This document shows, piece by piece, positions 24,571-39,500 of a DNA stretch of 64,000 nt; position 1 is the stretch's first letter, and each line of letters begins with the position of its first letter. Below the pieces are notes generated by a model, which was not told the DNA's origin, did not search any database, and worked only from the letters and a program-made list of their open reading frames with translations. Location: assembly GCA_002496385.1 (NCBI GenBank), contig DAJR01000027.1, positions 1,155 through 65,154 on the forward strand, written 5' to 3'. The stretch is from Methanomassiliicoccales archaeon UBA147. GTDB lineage: Archaea > Thermoplasmatota > Thermoplasmata > SG8-5. Position numbers and translations under genes: made by a program.

Positions 24571-27500
24571 CCGCTTCCCCATGTCGACAGGCTCCAGATT
24601 CGCATCGACGGCGCCTTCGGCGACTGGGACCAGGTATCAGGCCAGAACGATTCGGTACTCAGCACGCTCCCGGCCAATGTGGACATCGTGCAGAGCAAAA
24701 TGCTCTCTGACGCGTTCAATATCTATTTCTTTATGCAGGTGAGAGGCCAGGTTTTCGGAGACCAGGAAGGCGATACTGCCAGGATATTCATCGATACCGA
24801 CCAGGACCCCGCGACAGGCTACAGCATAATGGGCTTGGGAGCGGATTACCAGATACGCGTTTTCGGCCACGGCGGCGACGTCGAGAGCTCCTCATGCCTT
24901 GCATTTGACGATTCAAAGGCGCAGAATGATTTCAACGGCTTTGTTTCAGCATCGCCATCGGTACCTCATGCGCCCGAAGCGGTCCAGGATGCGGCCAAGT
25001 TCGAAGTGCGGGCTACGCTTGGGGACATCGGCATAACGCAAACCACCCCTGTGACCGCGGTGTTCTACATGGCGGATTCTCACGGCAACCGGGATTACTC
25101 GGACCTTCCGATTTCCAGCCTTGGCAGCGTCCTGTTTGTGAGGCAATCCAGCATCGCGCCCGCAAACGGCCTGATGACCGGCTCGGCCTCGCCGGCGATT
25201 TCGCTTGAGATTCATGCCATCGGGCAATCGGTTGACATAAACGGCATCACTGTGCCGAACTGCGCTCCGGGAACCTTTGTCAGGACGATGGCGAACGGCA
25301 CATCCCAGACCTTATCTCTGACAACCAGCGTCACCAGCCTGAGCGCCGGCTCACTGGTCGTGAGGGAAGCCGCCCCGGATGATTTCGATGTATCAGGTGC
25401 GCATGTGGTGGTCACCGGACAGGGCTCGTACTCGTATGCCGTGATGGCACCCGCTCTGATAGGCATTGACGGTGCATTCGCCGACTGGAACGGGAAAGGC
25501 ACGACCAACAGTGACAGGATTGACGACCAGCTTTCCAAGAACGGCATCGACTCGATTGACGATGCGGGACTGGACATGGTCAGCCAGACCACAGCGCGCG
25601 AGAACAATCAGCTAAACATCCTCGTGCAGACGAACGGCACGATGCTTGCTGGCATGTGGGTACCCGAGATAGAGGAAGCATATGTTGACACGGGCGCGAA
25701 CACAAGGTCGGAAGCGACCAAACCCGATTACACTTACACCGAGCCAGAGGTCTCCAAGACAAGGGCTCCGAACATCCAGAGGCCGACCGTGAAATCGGCC
25801 AAGACAGGCGAAGGCGCGGTGAACGTTTACCTGGACACGGACAACGACACCTCAACCGGATACTCTATCGAAGGAAGGGGCGCAGACTACCTGGTCAAGA
25901 TAAAGGGCCAGAATGGAAGGGTCACCGCCACAAGCATTTCCATATTCTCGGGCTCGGACCGGAATATGCCGAGCTGGACCCTCCAGGCCGGCCTTCCCCT
26001 GGGCGCGTCATCGGGCTCCGGTGTTGAGATCGGAATTCCCCTCGGGCTCTTCACGGGCATCACCCCGAACACAAGCGCGGTGATCCAGCTTGTCGACTGG
26101 AACCTCAACGGAGACGTCTCGGATATCTCAATGTGGGATGTTTTCGAGACCGGTACCAGGGCGGGAACCAGGGCGGACCCGGGTCTCCCCGGCTACGGCC
26201 ACCTTATGGGAACTCTCCTGACCTCCGGAAATGAATTCGTGCCAGGGGCAACCTTGGTACTTAAGGATTTAACTGGACGTGCCACCACCCGAATAACTGT
26301 CGAGAACACAATCGATAGCTATTCTATTGCCCAGGAAGTCTCGAAGGGGCTTCAGGTGAACATGTATGCAGTCAACAATACGCTCTACGGTGCAAACTCA
26401 ACGACATTGACCAACGACAAGACTTTGGCCAAATGTAATATCATGATGGGCAACCCCATACCGGCCGCAGCACCGACCGGGTTGGAGGCGAAGGTCTTTG
26501 GCGCTATTGGTGTGCGTCTCACATGGACGACAGGGGCCACTCCCACTTCTTTTAATATCTTCAAGACAACCAACACCACGACCTCTGCCGGCGATGTGAT
26601 GGGCAGGTATTACGGCATAAGCAGGTTGACCGGCATCTCCGGAACTGCCACGGAGTTCATAGACACCAACGTGGCCAATAACACGGTTTACTATTATTTC
26701 ATAGAATCGGTCACAGGCGCTCAGGTGCATTATTCCCAGGAGGTCAGCGTCACAGTAAATTACTCCGCCGTTCCAGTCATCACTCATCAACCGATCGCCG
26801 ATTGCACCGCATCCGTGGTGACTGTCAAAGCGACCGTCACGGATGATTCAGGTATTAAATTTGCCTCCGTGTTCTACAGGAAGGGCTCTTCCGGCGCCTG
26901 GACATCCGCGCCGATGACCCTGAGTTCGGGCTCTCCCTCAAACGGGAATTGGGTGGCAGGCATCCCCGTCGAGATGACGGACATCAACCAGCTCTATCAG
27001 TATTACCTGACGGCCGATGACGGCTCGAACCTCGGCATGTTCGGCGGGTCCGGCGCACCCGGATACCCGACGCCTTTCGGTTACAATGCCTCGTATGCAC
27101 CCAGCAACCCATTCCCAGTGTACGGTTATGTTTACCTGTATGACGGTACCTTTGCGGGCGGATTCGCACCTGTCCCGCAGCCCGGAGCGACCGTGACAGT
27201 GAGCTGGTACGACTTCTCAATGGCGGCGGTGAACACGACCTCGGATGTCACGAACGCCCTCGGGCAGTTCAGCATCGACCTCCACAACGGCGGGGTCGGC
27301 GACCCTCTGGGATACGGGATCGAGATAAGCTCGACCGCATCGACCGGCAATACAGGATACAACTGGACCGCCATAACCGACTGGAACATGACGGGCGGCA
27401 TCTGGATGAACGTGCTCTGCGGTGTCCCATACGATGTGATAATTACGAATCCTCTGGCTCTGCCAGTGCCCGCAGTCTCTGCCAACGTGCCATTCCCTGT

Positions 27501-30500
27501 GACCTACCGGATAGTTGACATCAATGGCGTGCTAGCGCCCGGATACTTCACCTTCGCTGACGGTCCGATGAACTGGCACAGCGGCGACCCGCTCTTCGTT
27601 TCCCCGCCCGATGTGTATTTCGACGGAACATCATCCACAACCCCGGGCACCTGGACAGGCAACCTGTTGTTGCAGACCCTGGGCGCTACCTACATCAACG
27701 TCACCGAGAACCACCTGTCCGATTTCTACCTGACGCCCTTCGACGCGATAGCCTACCAGATAGGCGGCGTTGCGACGCCCGGATACCTGAAGGACTGGGC
27801 CAATCTGACGCTAACGGTAGTGGGTCAATCGGTGTTCAATCTCACGAAGTGGGCACCGGCATTCGCGAACCCCGGAGAAATATTCTCGTACTGGCTGAAC
27901 TACTCCAACGAAGGCACCCAGTGGATGTATAACGTGAGCATCTCCGAATCATATCCCCCGGGCGTGACATTCATCAGTTCCATCCCGCCGCCGACAATAG
28001 GCACGGATTACTGGTTCATCGGGACCATAGCCCCGGGCGGCTCCAACTCCATACAGATATTCGTGTCAGTGAACATGAATGCGACCGGGACACTTACAAA
28101 CACAGCCAGCATAACCGCTCCATCAATAACAACTGTATGGGCTTTCGCAAATACGACTGTTATTAATCCGTTGATGACTGTGAAGAAATCCGCGCCTGCC
28201 ACCGCAAATGCTGGCGAGACGATGATGTACACTATCCGATACTGGAACAACGGCACCGACTGGGCGCAGAATGTCTGGATATACGAGGATTACCCGATGA
28301 ATGTCAATGTCCTGAACGCGACACCCATGCCGACGGCCTGGCCGGGGACATGGTACATAGGCGACCTAGCCCCAGGAGCAACCGGAACTATATTCGTCAA
28401 TGTCACGGTGAATGCCGGATTCAGCGGAACGCTGTACAACGAGGTTCTCCTGACATATGAGAACGATGTGGTTTCCATGCCCGATGCCCGCGCCTGGGCC
28501 AACACAACGGTGAACAATCCCCTGTTAAATGTCGATAAAACCGCCCCGGCGACCGCCAACTCCGGCGCCCAGATTGTCTATGCGATTCACATATGGAACT
28601 CCGGGACCGCCACAGCATTTGATGTTGTTGTGACCGACACGCTGCCGGCCGGGACAACATATGTCCCTGTCGCAACGCCTCCACCCTCCTCCGTGGTCGG
28701 CCAGACCCTTACATGGACCCTCCCTCCCATCGCGCCCGGGGCATCTGTGTGGATATACGTCACAGTCCAGGTCAGCGAAACCGCGACCGGAACAATCTCG
28801 AACACAGTCAGCGTGGTTTACGAGGACGCCGCAGGCCAGGAACTCGGCCCGGTAACTGACACTGCAACATTCGCAATAGCTGACCCGTTGCTCACGATTC
28901 AGAAGGTCGGACCGGCCTACGCCAACTCCGGCCAGACCATAACATACACGATATGGGTGAACAACACTGGCAGCGCACCCGCATACAACATTACAGTTAC
29001 GGAAACATACCCCGCGGACGCGACGTTCGTCAGTTCCAACCCGCCGCCCAGCTTCGGCAACAATGTCTGGAACATCTCGTTCCTGGCTGCGCACGGCGGC
29101 ACCCAGATCTCTGTCACCGTGCTGATAAGCGCCACCCCGGGCACCGTATGGCAAAACAACACTGTCATCGCCGATTACGAGGACGGCAGCAACGAGGACC
29201 AGGCGGACGTTACGGATGTCGTCACGACCATCCTGAACAATCCGCAGCTCACTCTTGCCAAGACCGCTCCGGAATTCGCCAACCCGGACCAGGACATCAC
29301 ATACACCGTCACGGTCACAAATATCGGAAGCGAGCCGGCTTACAATGTCATTGTCACCGAGAGTTATCCGGCAGGCGTGTCTTTCGTCAGCGCCAACCCG
29401 GCCCCGACCACCCCGATCAATGTTTGGAACCTCGGAAGCATCCCTGTGGGCGGAAGCATAACGATCGTCATAACCGTACACATCAACGCGGGAACCACTG
29501 GCCTGCTGACCAACACCGTGGCAGCTGATTACGAGAGCAGCAGCGGTCAGGATTACCATGTTACCGCCTACGACACCACGATGGTGACATGGCCCGTGAT
29601 GAACATCTGGAAAGATGGACCGGCAAATTCCACTGCCGGCAGCACGATAATGTACACGATTCACTACCAGAACCTTGGCTCCGACACAGCTTACAATGTG
29701 ACGATAACAGAAACCTATCCGGCCGATACCACATTCCTCAATGCCAACCCGACGCCCACAGTCGGTAACAACGTATGGGTCATCCCGTCTGTCGCCCCCG
29801 GCACTGGCGGAGTGATATTCGTCAATGTGACCATCAGCTCCACGGCCACAGGAATGCTCGTGAACAGCATCAGCGCCATCTACAAAAACACGGACAACCA
29901 GACAATGCCGGAAATCACCAATGAGACCTACACGTTCCTCACCGGCCCCTGGATGAACCTTGAAAAGACAGGGCCGGCGACCGCGAATACCGGCGAGACA
30001 GTAATCTATACTTTGCATTACTGGAACTCGGGCGATGATACAGCATACAACGTGAACATCACAGAAATTTACCCGATAGAGGTTACCTTCGTGAGCGCGA
30101 ACCCGCCTCCGACATACGGCAACAACATATGGCTCATCCCGACCGTGGCACCGGGCGTCCATGGTTGGATAAACATCACGGTGACGATCAATGACGGCGT
30201 GACCGGCACAGTAACCAACTATGTGAACCTGAACTACCGGAACGACGCAGATGTTCAGCTCCCGGTCGAAACGGGGAACTGGACCATAATCATTCTCGAC
30301 CCGCTGATGATTATTGAGAAAGTGGGTCCGAGCGAGGCGAACCCCGGACAGGTAATAATGTATACTATTACTTATCAAAACATAGGCCTCGGAGCCGCGT
30401 ACAACGTCGTCATCACAGATACGCTGGATCCGGGCGTTTCCTATGTTTCATCATCCCCGGCCGGAGCATTGGCCGGTCAGGTCTTGACCTGGAACATCGG

Positions 30501-33500
30501 GACACTCGTTTCGGGTCAGGGCGGAACCATATTCATCAACGTCACTGTGACCGCCACCAATGGCACTATAATAAACACTGTCTCGGTAGATTATGACGAT
30601 GCGGCGGACGAGGACCAGGACGATGTCGAGGACACCGTGGTAACGACCCTCATCAACCCGTTCCTTATCGTGGAAAAGGAAGGCCCGGCCACCGCTGTCC
30701 CCGGCCAGACCATCACATACTGGATTAACGGAACGAACATCGGAAATGACTGGGCGTATGACATCTGGGTGAACGACACTCTGCCTGCCGGCCTGACATT
30801 CCTGGGGTCCATCCCTGCGTTCAACACATCTTTTGGGTCAACATACTCGTGGTTCATCGGATATCTGGCCCCCGGAGGAAAATTCTCAATTCAGATAACC
30901 GCGCAGGTGACCGCAACATCCGGCGAGATAGTCAACTTCGCCAACATAACCTTCAAGAATGATGCGGACATTGTCCAGCCAGTCATTGAAATTCAGACCT
31001 CTCCCATGGCCATTGTCGACTGCCTTATATTGATAACAAAGACCGCTCCGGAAACTGCCAACACCGGCGAGTTCATCACATACACGATCGCCTACATCAA
31101 TGTGGGCCTGAGCACCGCCTACAACGTGGTCATCACGGACACTCTTCCGATAGACGTTACATATTATTCATCTATACCTTCGGGCACGGTCATCGGCCAG
31201 GTCATAGCATGGAACATCGGGACGCTTGCGCCATATGCCAGCGGTTCCATACAAGTGACAGTCCAAGTGAATGAAGGTCTTCCCATAGATACCGAACTCA
31301 TCAACAATGTGGTAGTGACCTACGAGAACGGCGGGAACATAGTCAACCAAACATCCGATTTTAACATAACAACGGTCATCGACCCCCTTGTTGAGATTAC
31401 CAAATGGGCTCCGCCGACCGGGGCACCCGGCGGGATATTGACCTACCTGGTCAACTACACAAACAGCGGAAACGACACAGCCTACAATGTGGTTATCACC
31501 GAAACATATCCGACAGGGGTCACATTCCTCGACGCCAACCCGATGCCGAACAATCCTCCGACAAACACAGTTTGGAACCTCGGGAACCTGGCTCCGGGAG
31601 CATCAGGCACGATATTCATTAATGTTACCATATCCACCACGGCCGGCGGCACCCTTGTGAACACTGTTCAGATCATTTGCGAGAACGATGCAGATGTTGA
31701 ATTCACTGACCAGGACACTGTCAACACCCCTATCGTGGGTCCCTATGTCCAGATTGTGAAGACCGGTCCGGCCAATGCCGCGCCCGGAGACACGATTTCC
31801 TACACGATAACTTATTCCAACACCGGCCCCGGGATAGCCTATAATGTCCGGGTGTACGATACTTTACCTGCCGGCGTCGCCTTTGTCAATGCCATTGCAT
31901 CCGGTATATTGCAAACCGCGGGACCGCCGACATGGGTCTGGTGGTTCGGGAACCTTGCCCCGGGCGCTTCCGGAACGATCGTGATAACCGTGACCGTGAA
32001 CGCCGATGCGACCCTGCTTATCAACAACGCATCCGTCGAATACTACACAGACCCGGGATTCGTCAATAAAATCATCAACAATTGCACATTCACCACGGTG
32101 GTAAACTCCCCGCTGCTCACGATTGAGAAGACAGCCAATGCGACAGCCTGCACAGGCCAGATAATCACTTATGAGATTACAGTCACAAACACGGGCAGCA
32201 ATGTCGCCAACAATGTCATAGTCACCGAAAACTATCCTGACGGCGTCACCTATCTGATTGCAGTGCCGTTGCCCACCTCCGGCAACAATGTCTGGAACCT
32301 CTCACAAATAAAAGGCATTTCGATGCCGGTCGGAGCTGTTTGGACCATCACTGTCACCCTGCGTGTCAATGCGACCGCCATAGGCGTCCTGCACAATGCT
32401 GTAAATGTGCGTTACTGGAACCAGGCCAACGCTGTCATGCCCGTAGTCTGGGCATACGCTGACACTACCATAGTGAACCCGCTTCTGACTATTGATAAGA
32501 CAGCGCCTGCCGAAGCCAATACCGGTGAGCTGATCACATACACGCTGACTGTGACCAACGTCGGAACCGCTCCGGCATTCAACATCTGGGTGAATGAGTC
32601 CTACCCGCCGGGTGTCACATACGTCAGTTCCAACATACTGCCCATCAACTTCGGCGGGGACAACGACTCATGGTACATCCCGTCCCTGGCGGTTGGTGCC
32701 CCGTTCACCATCACAATCACCGTTCGGGTCGATGCCCTCACCGGCACCCTCACGAACTGGGCATTCGTCAATTACACCAATTTCGCAGATATGCCCTTGA
32801 CCGAGGTGGACGATTTCGCCATCACCACAATAGTCAATCCTATAATGGGGATAACCAAATGGGCGCCCGCGACGGCCAACCCGGGCCAGACATTCACATA
32901 TTGGATCAACTACACAAATACAGGCGATGGCTGGGCTTACAATGTGGTCATCACCGAGACATACCCGGCCGGAGTATCGTTCGTATCGTCAACACCGGAT
33001 CCGTCATCCGGGAACAATGTTTGGAACTTCGGGCCGCTCGCTTCGGGCGCAACCGGCTCCATCCAAATTACCGTTCAGGTGCTCGCCGGAACCGTGGGGT
33101 GGGTACTCAATAACTCGGCCAGGCTCGACTTCCAGAACCAGGCGGGAATCCCCCAACTGACTATCAGCGCATGGGCCGTCACGAATGTGGTCCAGCCCGC
33201 CATGACAGTCATCAAGACCGGCCCGGCCACCGCCACACAGGGCCAGACCATCCTGTACACCATATTCTACCAGAATACTGGGAACGACATAGCTTACAAT
33301 GTCATTATCACAGATGCAGTCCCGCTGGGCGTCTCCTTTGTCAATTCCACACCCAACCCGACCTCGCCCGGTGTATGGGTAATCGGCAACCTGGCACCCG
33401 GTGCTTCAGGTTACATCTACATCACCGCCACTATCGGCGCCGCGACCACCGGAATTATCACGAACTGGGCGTATGTGAATTATAAGAACCGCATCATTCC

Positions 33501-36500
33501 TCTTGACCAGGTGGGAGATTCAGCCCTGACAACCATCATCGTCCCGCGGATGACGATCACCAAGACCGCACCGGATTATGCCAACACCGGCGAAACCATC
33601 ACTTACACGATATCCTACCAGAACCTCGCGGCTGTCGCTGCTTACAATGTGGTGATAACCGACACGCTGCCGGTCGGCGTGACCTATGTGTCTTCGACCC
33701 CGCCCGGTTCGGCAGCCGGCCAAACCGTCACCTGGAACGTCGGGATTCTCGGGCCGGGAGCGTCCGGGACAATCACGGTCAATGTCATAGTTACAGCAAC
33801 CGACGGGACCCTGACAAACACTGTCCGGGCAAGTTACAGAAATCAATATAGCGTCGTTTATCCCGTTGTCTGGGACACCGACTCCACCATCATCATCAAC
33901 CCGATAATCACAGTCGAGAAATCCGCCCCGGCAACTGCCAATACCGGCCAGAACATCGAGTACGTTATCTGGGTGAACAACACCGGAACTGACATAGCTT
34001 ACAATGTCACAATCACGGAAACGTATCCTGTTGGGGTCATATTCGTGTTCGCCTTCCCTGTGCCAACTTCCAGCAACAATGTTTGGAACCTTGGCAACCT
34101 GGCCCCGGGCACGGCCACCCCAATATTCATCACTGTGACTGTCAATGCGACCGGCCTGCTGGTGAACTCTGCAGAGGCCAGATTCAACAATTATGTGGGA
34201 ATCCCCCAGACACCGGTCACAGACACAGCCAGCACGCTTGTCGGAGACCCGCTGATGTTCATTCAGAAGACCGCTCCGCTCAACGCGAATCCCGGCCAGA
34301 CCATCATGTACACGATACGCTACTGGAACAACGGTACTGCGCCGGCCTACAATGTGATAATCACTGAAACGTACCCTGCAGGAGTCACATTCCTGAACGC
34401 CAACCCGATGCCCGGTAACCCGCCGACAAACACTGTCTGGACCATCCCGACGGTTCCCTCACATGGCAGCGGTGTTATTTTCATAAACGTCACGATCAGC
34501 GCGACTGCAACCGGGTTCATTGAAAACAATGTGCTGCTGGCATACACGGACGCGGCGAACAACCCGAAGCCGTCAGTGACAGACCAGGCTATAACTGTCC
34601 TTACCGGCCCGTATGTGCTGCTCACCAAGACCGGCCCGGGTTACGCGAATCCCGGCCAGATCATAATGTACACGGTTACATACCGGAACATCGGAACCGA
34701 TACAGCCTATAATGTCTGGATAAACGAAACCTACCCGGCATTCGTTACCTTCCTGAATGCCACCCCCGCACCGACAACAGGCAACAATGCCTGGAACCTC
34801 GGGAACCTTGCCCCGGGCGCATTCGGCACAATATTCATCAACGTGACTGTGGCAGCCACAGCTACCGGAACGATTCACAACAATGTCACAGCAGTCTTCC
34901 GGAACTCTGTCGGCGAGCAGTTCAGCAGCGATGCCACCTGGCCCACGATCATTCTTGAGCCTGTAATGCAAATCGTGAAGACAGGGCCCGCGGGAGCCAA
35001 CCCCGGAGCGACCATTACATATTGGATAAACTACACGAATACCGGCTCTGACTGGGCATATGACGTGACAATCACCGAAACCTACCCGACAGGCGTCACC
35101 TATTACACAGCCATTCCCCTGCCCACGACCGGCAACAATGTCTGGAACGTCGGAAGTCTCGCCCCCGGAGCCAGCGGCTCGATCCAGATAACCGTGACCA
35201 TAGGTTTGGCTGTGACAGGAAGTATAACCAACACCGTCAGAGTCGATTACGATAACCAGGCCGGAAGAGCCATGGTCCCTGTGACTGCCACATTCGTCAC
35301 TCTCATAGTCAACCCCCTGTTGTCTCTTGAAAAGACAGCATGGACGGTGCTGCCGGGCACAGTCTTCCCCAACGAGATTTTCACCTACCAGATAATCTAC
35401 ACGAACATCGGCGGCGGATGGGCCTACGATGTGAGGATAACGGAATCATTCCCAACAGGCGTGACATTCCTTGACGCAACCCCGCCGCCCACCTTCGGCA
35501 ACCAATGGCTGGTCGGTCCCCTGGCTCCGGGAGCCAGCGGCTCAATTTTGATCACGGTAAGGGTCAACTCCGGAGCTACCGGAACGCTACTGAACAACAT
35601 CACCGCGAATTACGAGAACTCTCTCGGAGAGATGCCGCCGGTGTATGCCGAACTCGCCCTGCAGGTAATTGCTCCCAGACTCCAGATAACAAAGACCGCG
35701 CCGGCGACGGCAAATACCGGCCAGGATATCGTCTACCGGATATGGGTCAACAATACCGGCAATGCATGGGCGACGGACATAATCCTCACCGAGACATACC
35801 CGGCATCCGTCACATTCATCGAAGCAGTGCCCGTGCCTACCGTGCAAAACACGGTATGGTACGTTCCTGACCTTGGGCCTGGCGGTTCCTGGTTCGTCGA
35901 AATCACCGTCCGGGTGAATCTGGACGCTTACGGTACTTTGCTGAACAGTGTCGCCGTGACGTTCCGGGATATGGCCGACCAATCCTATGGGCCGGTCCTT
36001 GCGCAGGCGATGACCCTCATCCAGGACCCCATGGTCACAATCTCCAAGACTGGACCGGCCACTGCCAACCCCGGCCAGGTGATCATGTACACGATAACCT
36101 ATGAGAACATCGGTACCGCGCCCGCCAATGTCATTATCACTGAAACCTACCCGGCAAGCGTAACATTCCTGAATGCCACCCCGATGCCCGGCAACCCTGA
36201 AAACACAATCTGGAACATCGGCAGCGTAGCCCCGAGCACCGGAGGAACCATTTTCATAAATGTAACGGTGAGTGTGACTGCTTCCGGGACACTGACCAAC
36301 ATCGTTGTGCTCGATTATTCGAGCGCAACCAGGGACTTCAAGTCGAAACAGGCAGTGTGGAACACGACCATTGTCGAGCCGGACATGACCCTGTCGAAGA
36401 CCGCGCCGGCGCAGGCCAACTCGGGTCAGACAATAACCTACTGGCTCAATTATTTCAATGAGGGCACCGATTGGGCTTACAATGTGACAGTCACCGAGAC

Positions 36501-39500
36501 ATACCCAGACGGGGTGACATTCCTGTCCGCGACTCCCGCACCCACGACAATTCCGAACTTCTGGTCAATCGGCAACGTGGCTCCTAACACAGGCGGCTCG
36601 ATCCAGATAACCGTTAGGGTGAACGCCACCGCTTTCGGAACACTGACGAATTATGCCATTCTCAATTACAGGAGCGGAGGAAGGATCATGCCATACGTCG
36701 AGGCCACCGCCCAAACTAAGGTCATGGACCCGATTCTCATCATAACAAAGGATGCCCCGACCGATGCAAACCAGGGCGAGACCATCACCTACACGATTAC
36801 CGTCCGGAACATCGGCTCGGACTTCGCCTACAATGTATGGGTGTTCGAGAACTACCCGGGCACGATATTCGAATCATCTATTCCGGCTCCAGCGTTCCCG
36901 TCCAACGATGTCTGGTACTTCGATTCCATAGCCAATGGTTCATTCGTTGTGATAACCATTACTGTAACTGTCCCGTTATCTGCTTCGGGCTATCTGGACA
37001 ATGCCGCTTACGTGGATTACTTCGACCTTGCCGGAGAGTCCCAGGACAGGGAATGGGCATACGCGTCCACCTATGTCACGGGACCGTCCCTGACAGTGGA
37101 CAAATGGGCCACGCCCTATGCCAATGCAGGGGATTATCTCACATACTGGATCAACATCACCAACACCGGGACCGGCTGGGCATACAATGTGATTGTCACG
37201 GAAACATACCCCGCTGGAATCACTTTCGTCTCCGCGATACCCGCGCCCAACCCGGGGAACACGACCTGGAACTTAGGCTCGATAGCACCGAACCACACGG
37301 TGAAGATTCAGATCACTGTGCAGGTGAATATCGGCACGGTCGGGATACTGGTGAACCGCGCGGATGTCGATTACGAGAACCAGATCGGCGTGGATTATAC
37401 CCCGGTATGGGACATTGCCGTCACCACTCTGGGTGAAATTCCGAACGTCATCATCCAGAAGACCGCACCGCAGTATGCGAATGCTGGCCAGACGATTAAT
37501 TACACCATATTTTACCATAACGCAGCCACGATTTGGGCAAACAATACATGGATAAACGAGACATATCCGTTCGGCGTCACCTATGTCCCGGTCGCCAACC
37601 CTGCCCCGTCAGTCGGCAACAACTGCTGGTTCATCGATGACCTGGCGCCCGGCCAATCCGGCTACATATTCATCAGTGTGACAGTGACCGGGGCTGTGTA
37701 TGGCACTCTCACGAACATGGCCAATATCGTATATTGGAACGGGAACCTCACAAGAAAATTCGAGAATTACGCCAGCGCCAACACCATTGTGAGGGACGCG
37801 CTCATGCAGGTTGACAAATCCGCGCCGGATACAGTGGCAATCAACCAGCAGTTCTTATACACGATCACATACACAAACATCGGAAACGATACCGCCTATG
37901 ATGTGTGGGTTGTGGATACCCTGCCGGGCGGCGTGAGCTTTGTCACATCTTCGATACCGCCGGATGCCAGCAGCGTTCCGCCGGTGTACCGCTGGCACTT
38001 TGCCTCAATCGCGCCCGGTGCTTCCGCCGGCATCACCATCACCGTCCAGGCCAATGTCGCCGGGGTGCAGGTGAACACAGTCACAATTGACTATGACAAC
38101 ACCCAGGGCGTTGCGCGTCCGCAGGTATCTGATTCCGCGACCACCGTCATCACAGGCCTAGCCACACCCTATGTCACAATTCAAAAATTCGCACCGGCCC
38201 AGGCTGTCACAGGCCAGGTAATCACCTATCTGATTACTTATCAAAACGTCGGGGACGGGATTGCCAACAATGTGGTGGTAACCGATACCCTGCCCCTTGG
38301 CGTGACATTCCTCAATGCCACACCGGCAGAAGATTCCATTGCAGGGCAACTGGTGACCTGGAACAACCTCGCTCCGATTGGCCCGGGCGTTTCCGGGACC
38401 ATCTTCGTGAATGTGACTGTCAACGCCCTCTCCGGCACATTGGCCAACCAGGCTAATGTAGTTTGGACCGGCGGCTCGAACGTCGCCTACGCCTACACAA
38501 CAATAGTCTCGCCTCTTATGCAAGTCACCAAAACAGTGAACGAGACAATGGCACAGAATGGCGAAACCCTCCACTACACGATAACCTACACCAATGTGGG
38601 AAGCGCCCCTGCCTACGACGTGACAATCGTGGACACGCTTCCGCCGGGTTCCTCCTACCTGGGCGCAACACCGCCATGGGACACCAGCGCCCCCCCGATG
38701 TACACATGGGTAATCCCGATCGTGCCGGCCGGGAGCAGCGGAACAATATTCCTCGATGCCCAGGTCAATGTTGTTTCTGGCACACTCACAAACAACGTCT
38801 CGCTGAACTATGACAATGCCATCGGGACTGCACAGCAGCCGGTTTACGCCGAGGCTACAACAGAGGTCACAGCGGTGGAACTGATATTGACCAAAACCAC
38901 GAGTTCCCTGGTTGCGGAACCTGGAACAGATATAACCTACTTCATCACTATTTTCAATGCCGGGCCGACTCCATTTACCTTTGCCAACGATGTCACCCTA
39001 AACGATTTCTACCCTGCCGGCACAATGTTTGTGACAGCTCAGTTAAAAATAAACAACGGCGGGTGGAATCCCGCACCGGCAAATGTATCCGTGGCAGGCC
39101 TTGACACATGGTACCTTTCCTCATGGCTCGGACCCATGCCGGCCTTCGACACTTGGACATTGCAGCTGATCGTGCACATTGACTGGATGGCCCCGGATGT
39201 GCTCGAGAACCGCGCGATGGTGAATTACACAGAATCCGGATTCGTGCACTTCCTCAATGCCACCGCCGTGACCACGATCAGCGGCCCCCTGATGGACATA
39301 ACCAAGACCTCCTCGATGAAATACGTCTCTCCGGGCCAGGAATTCATCTACACGATAAATTATGTGAACAACGGGCCTGGCCCGGCGCTGAACGTCACCA
39401 TAAGGGAATTCTACCCTGCCGGCCTGACCTTCCTGTCATCAATACCCGCCCCGAGCGAGGGGAACAATGTATGGCACCTCGGAACGATTGGCGGATTGAA

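Noticed and set aside
28525-30378. A 617-aa ORF lies antisense to the giant gene. Many other long antisense ORFs are also present (for example 18292-19416, 8130-9245, 15098-16021, 50714-51760, 51827-52843, 57197-58156, 53495-54271 and 11340-12026).
   Set aside because: All lie opposite genes with strong family signatures. Their translations are Arg/Gly/Cys/His-rich low-complexity sequence with no motifs, which is typical of stop-poor antisense frames in GC-rich coding DNA.
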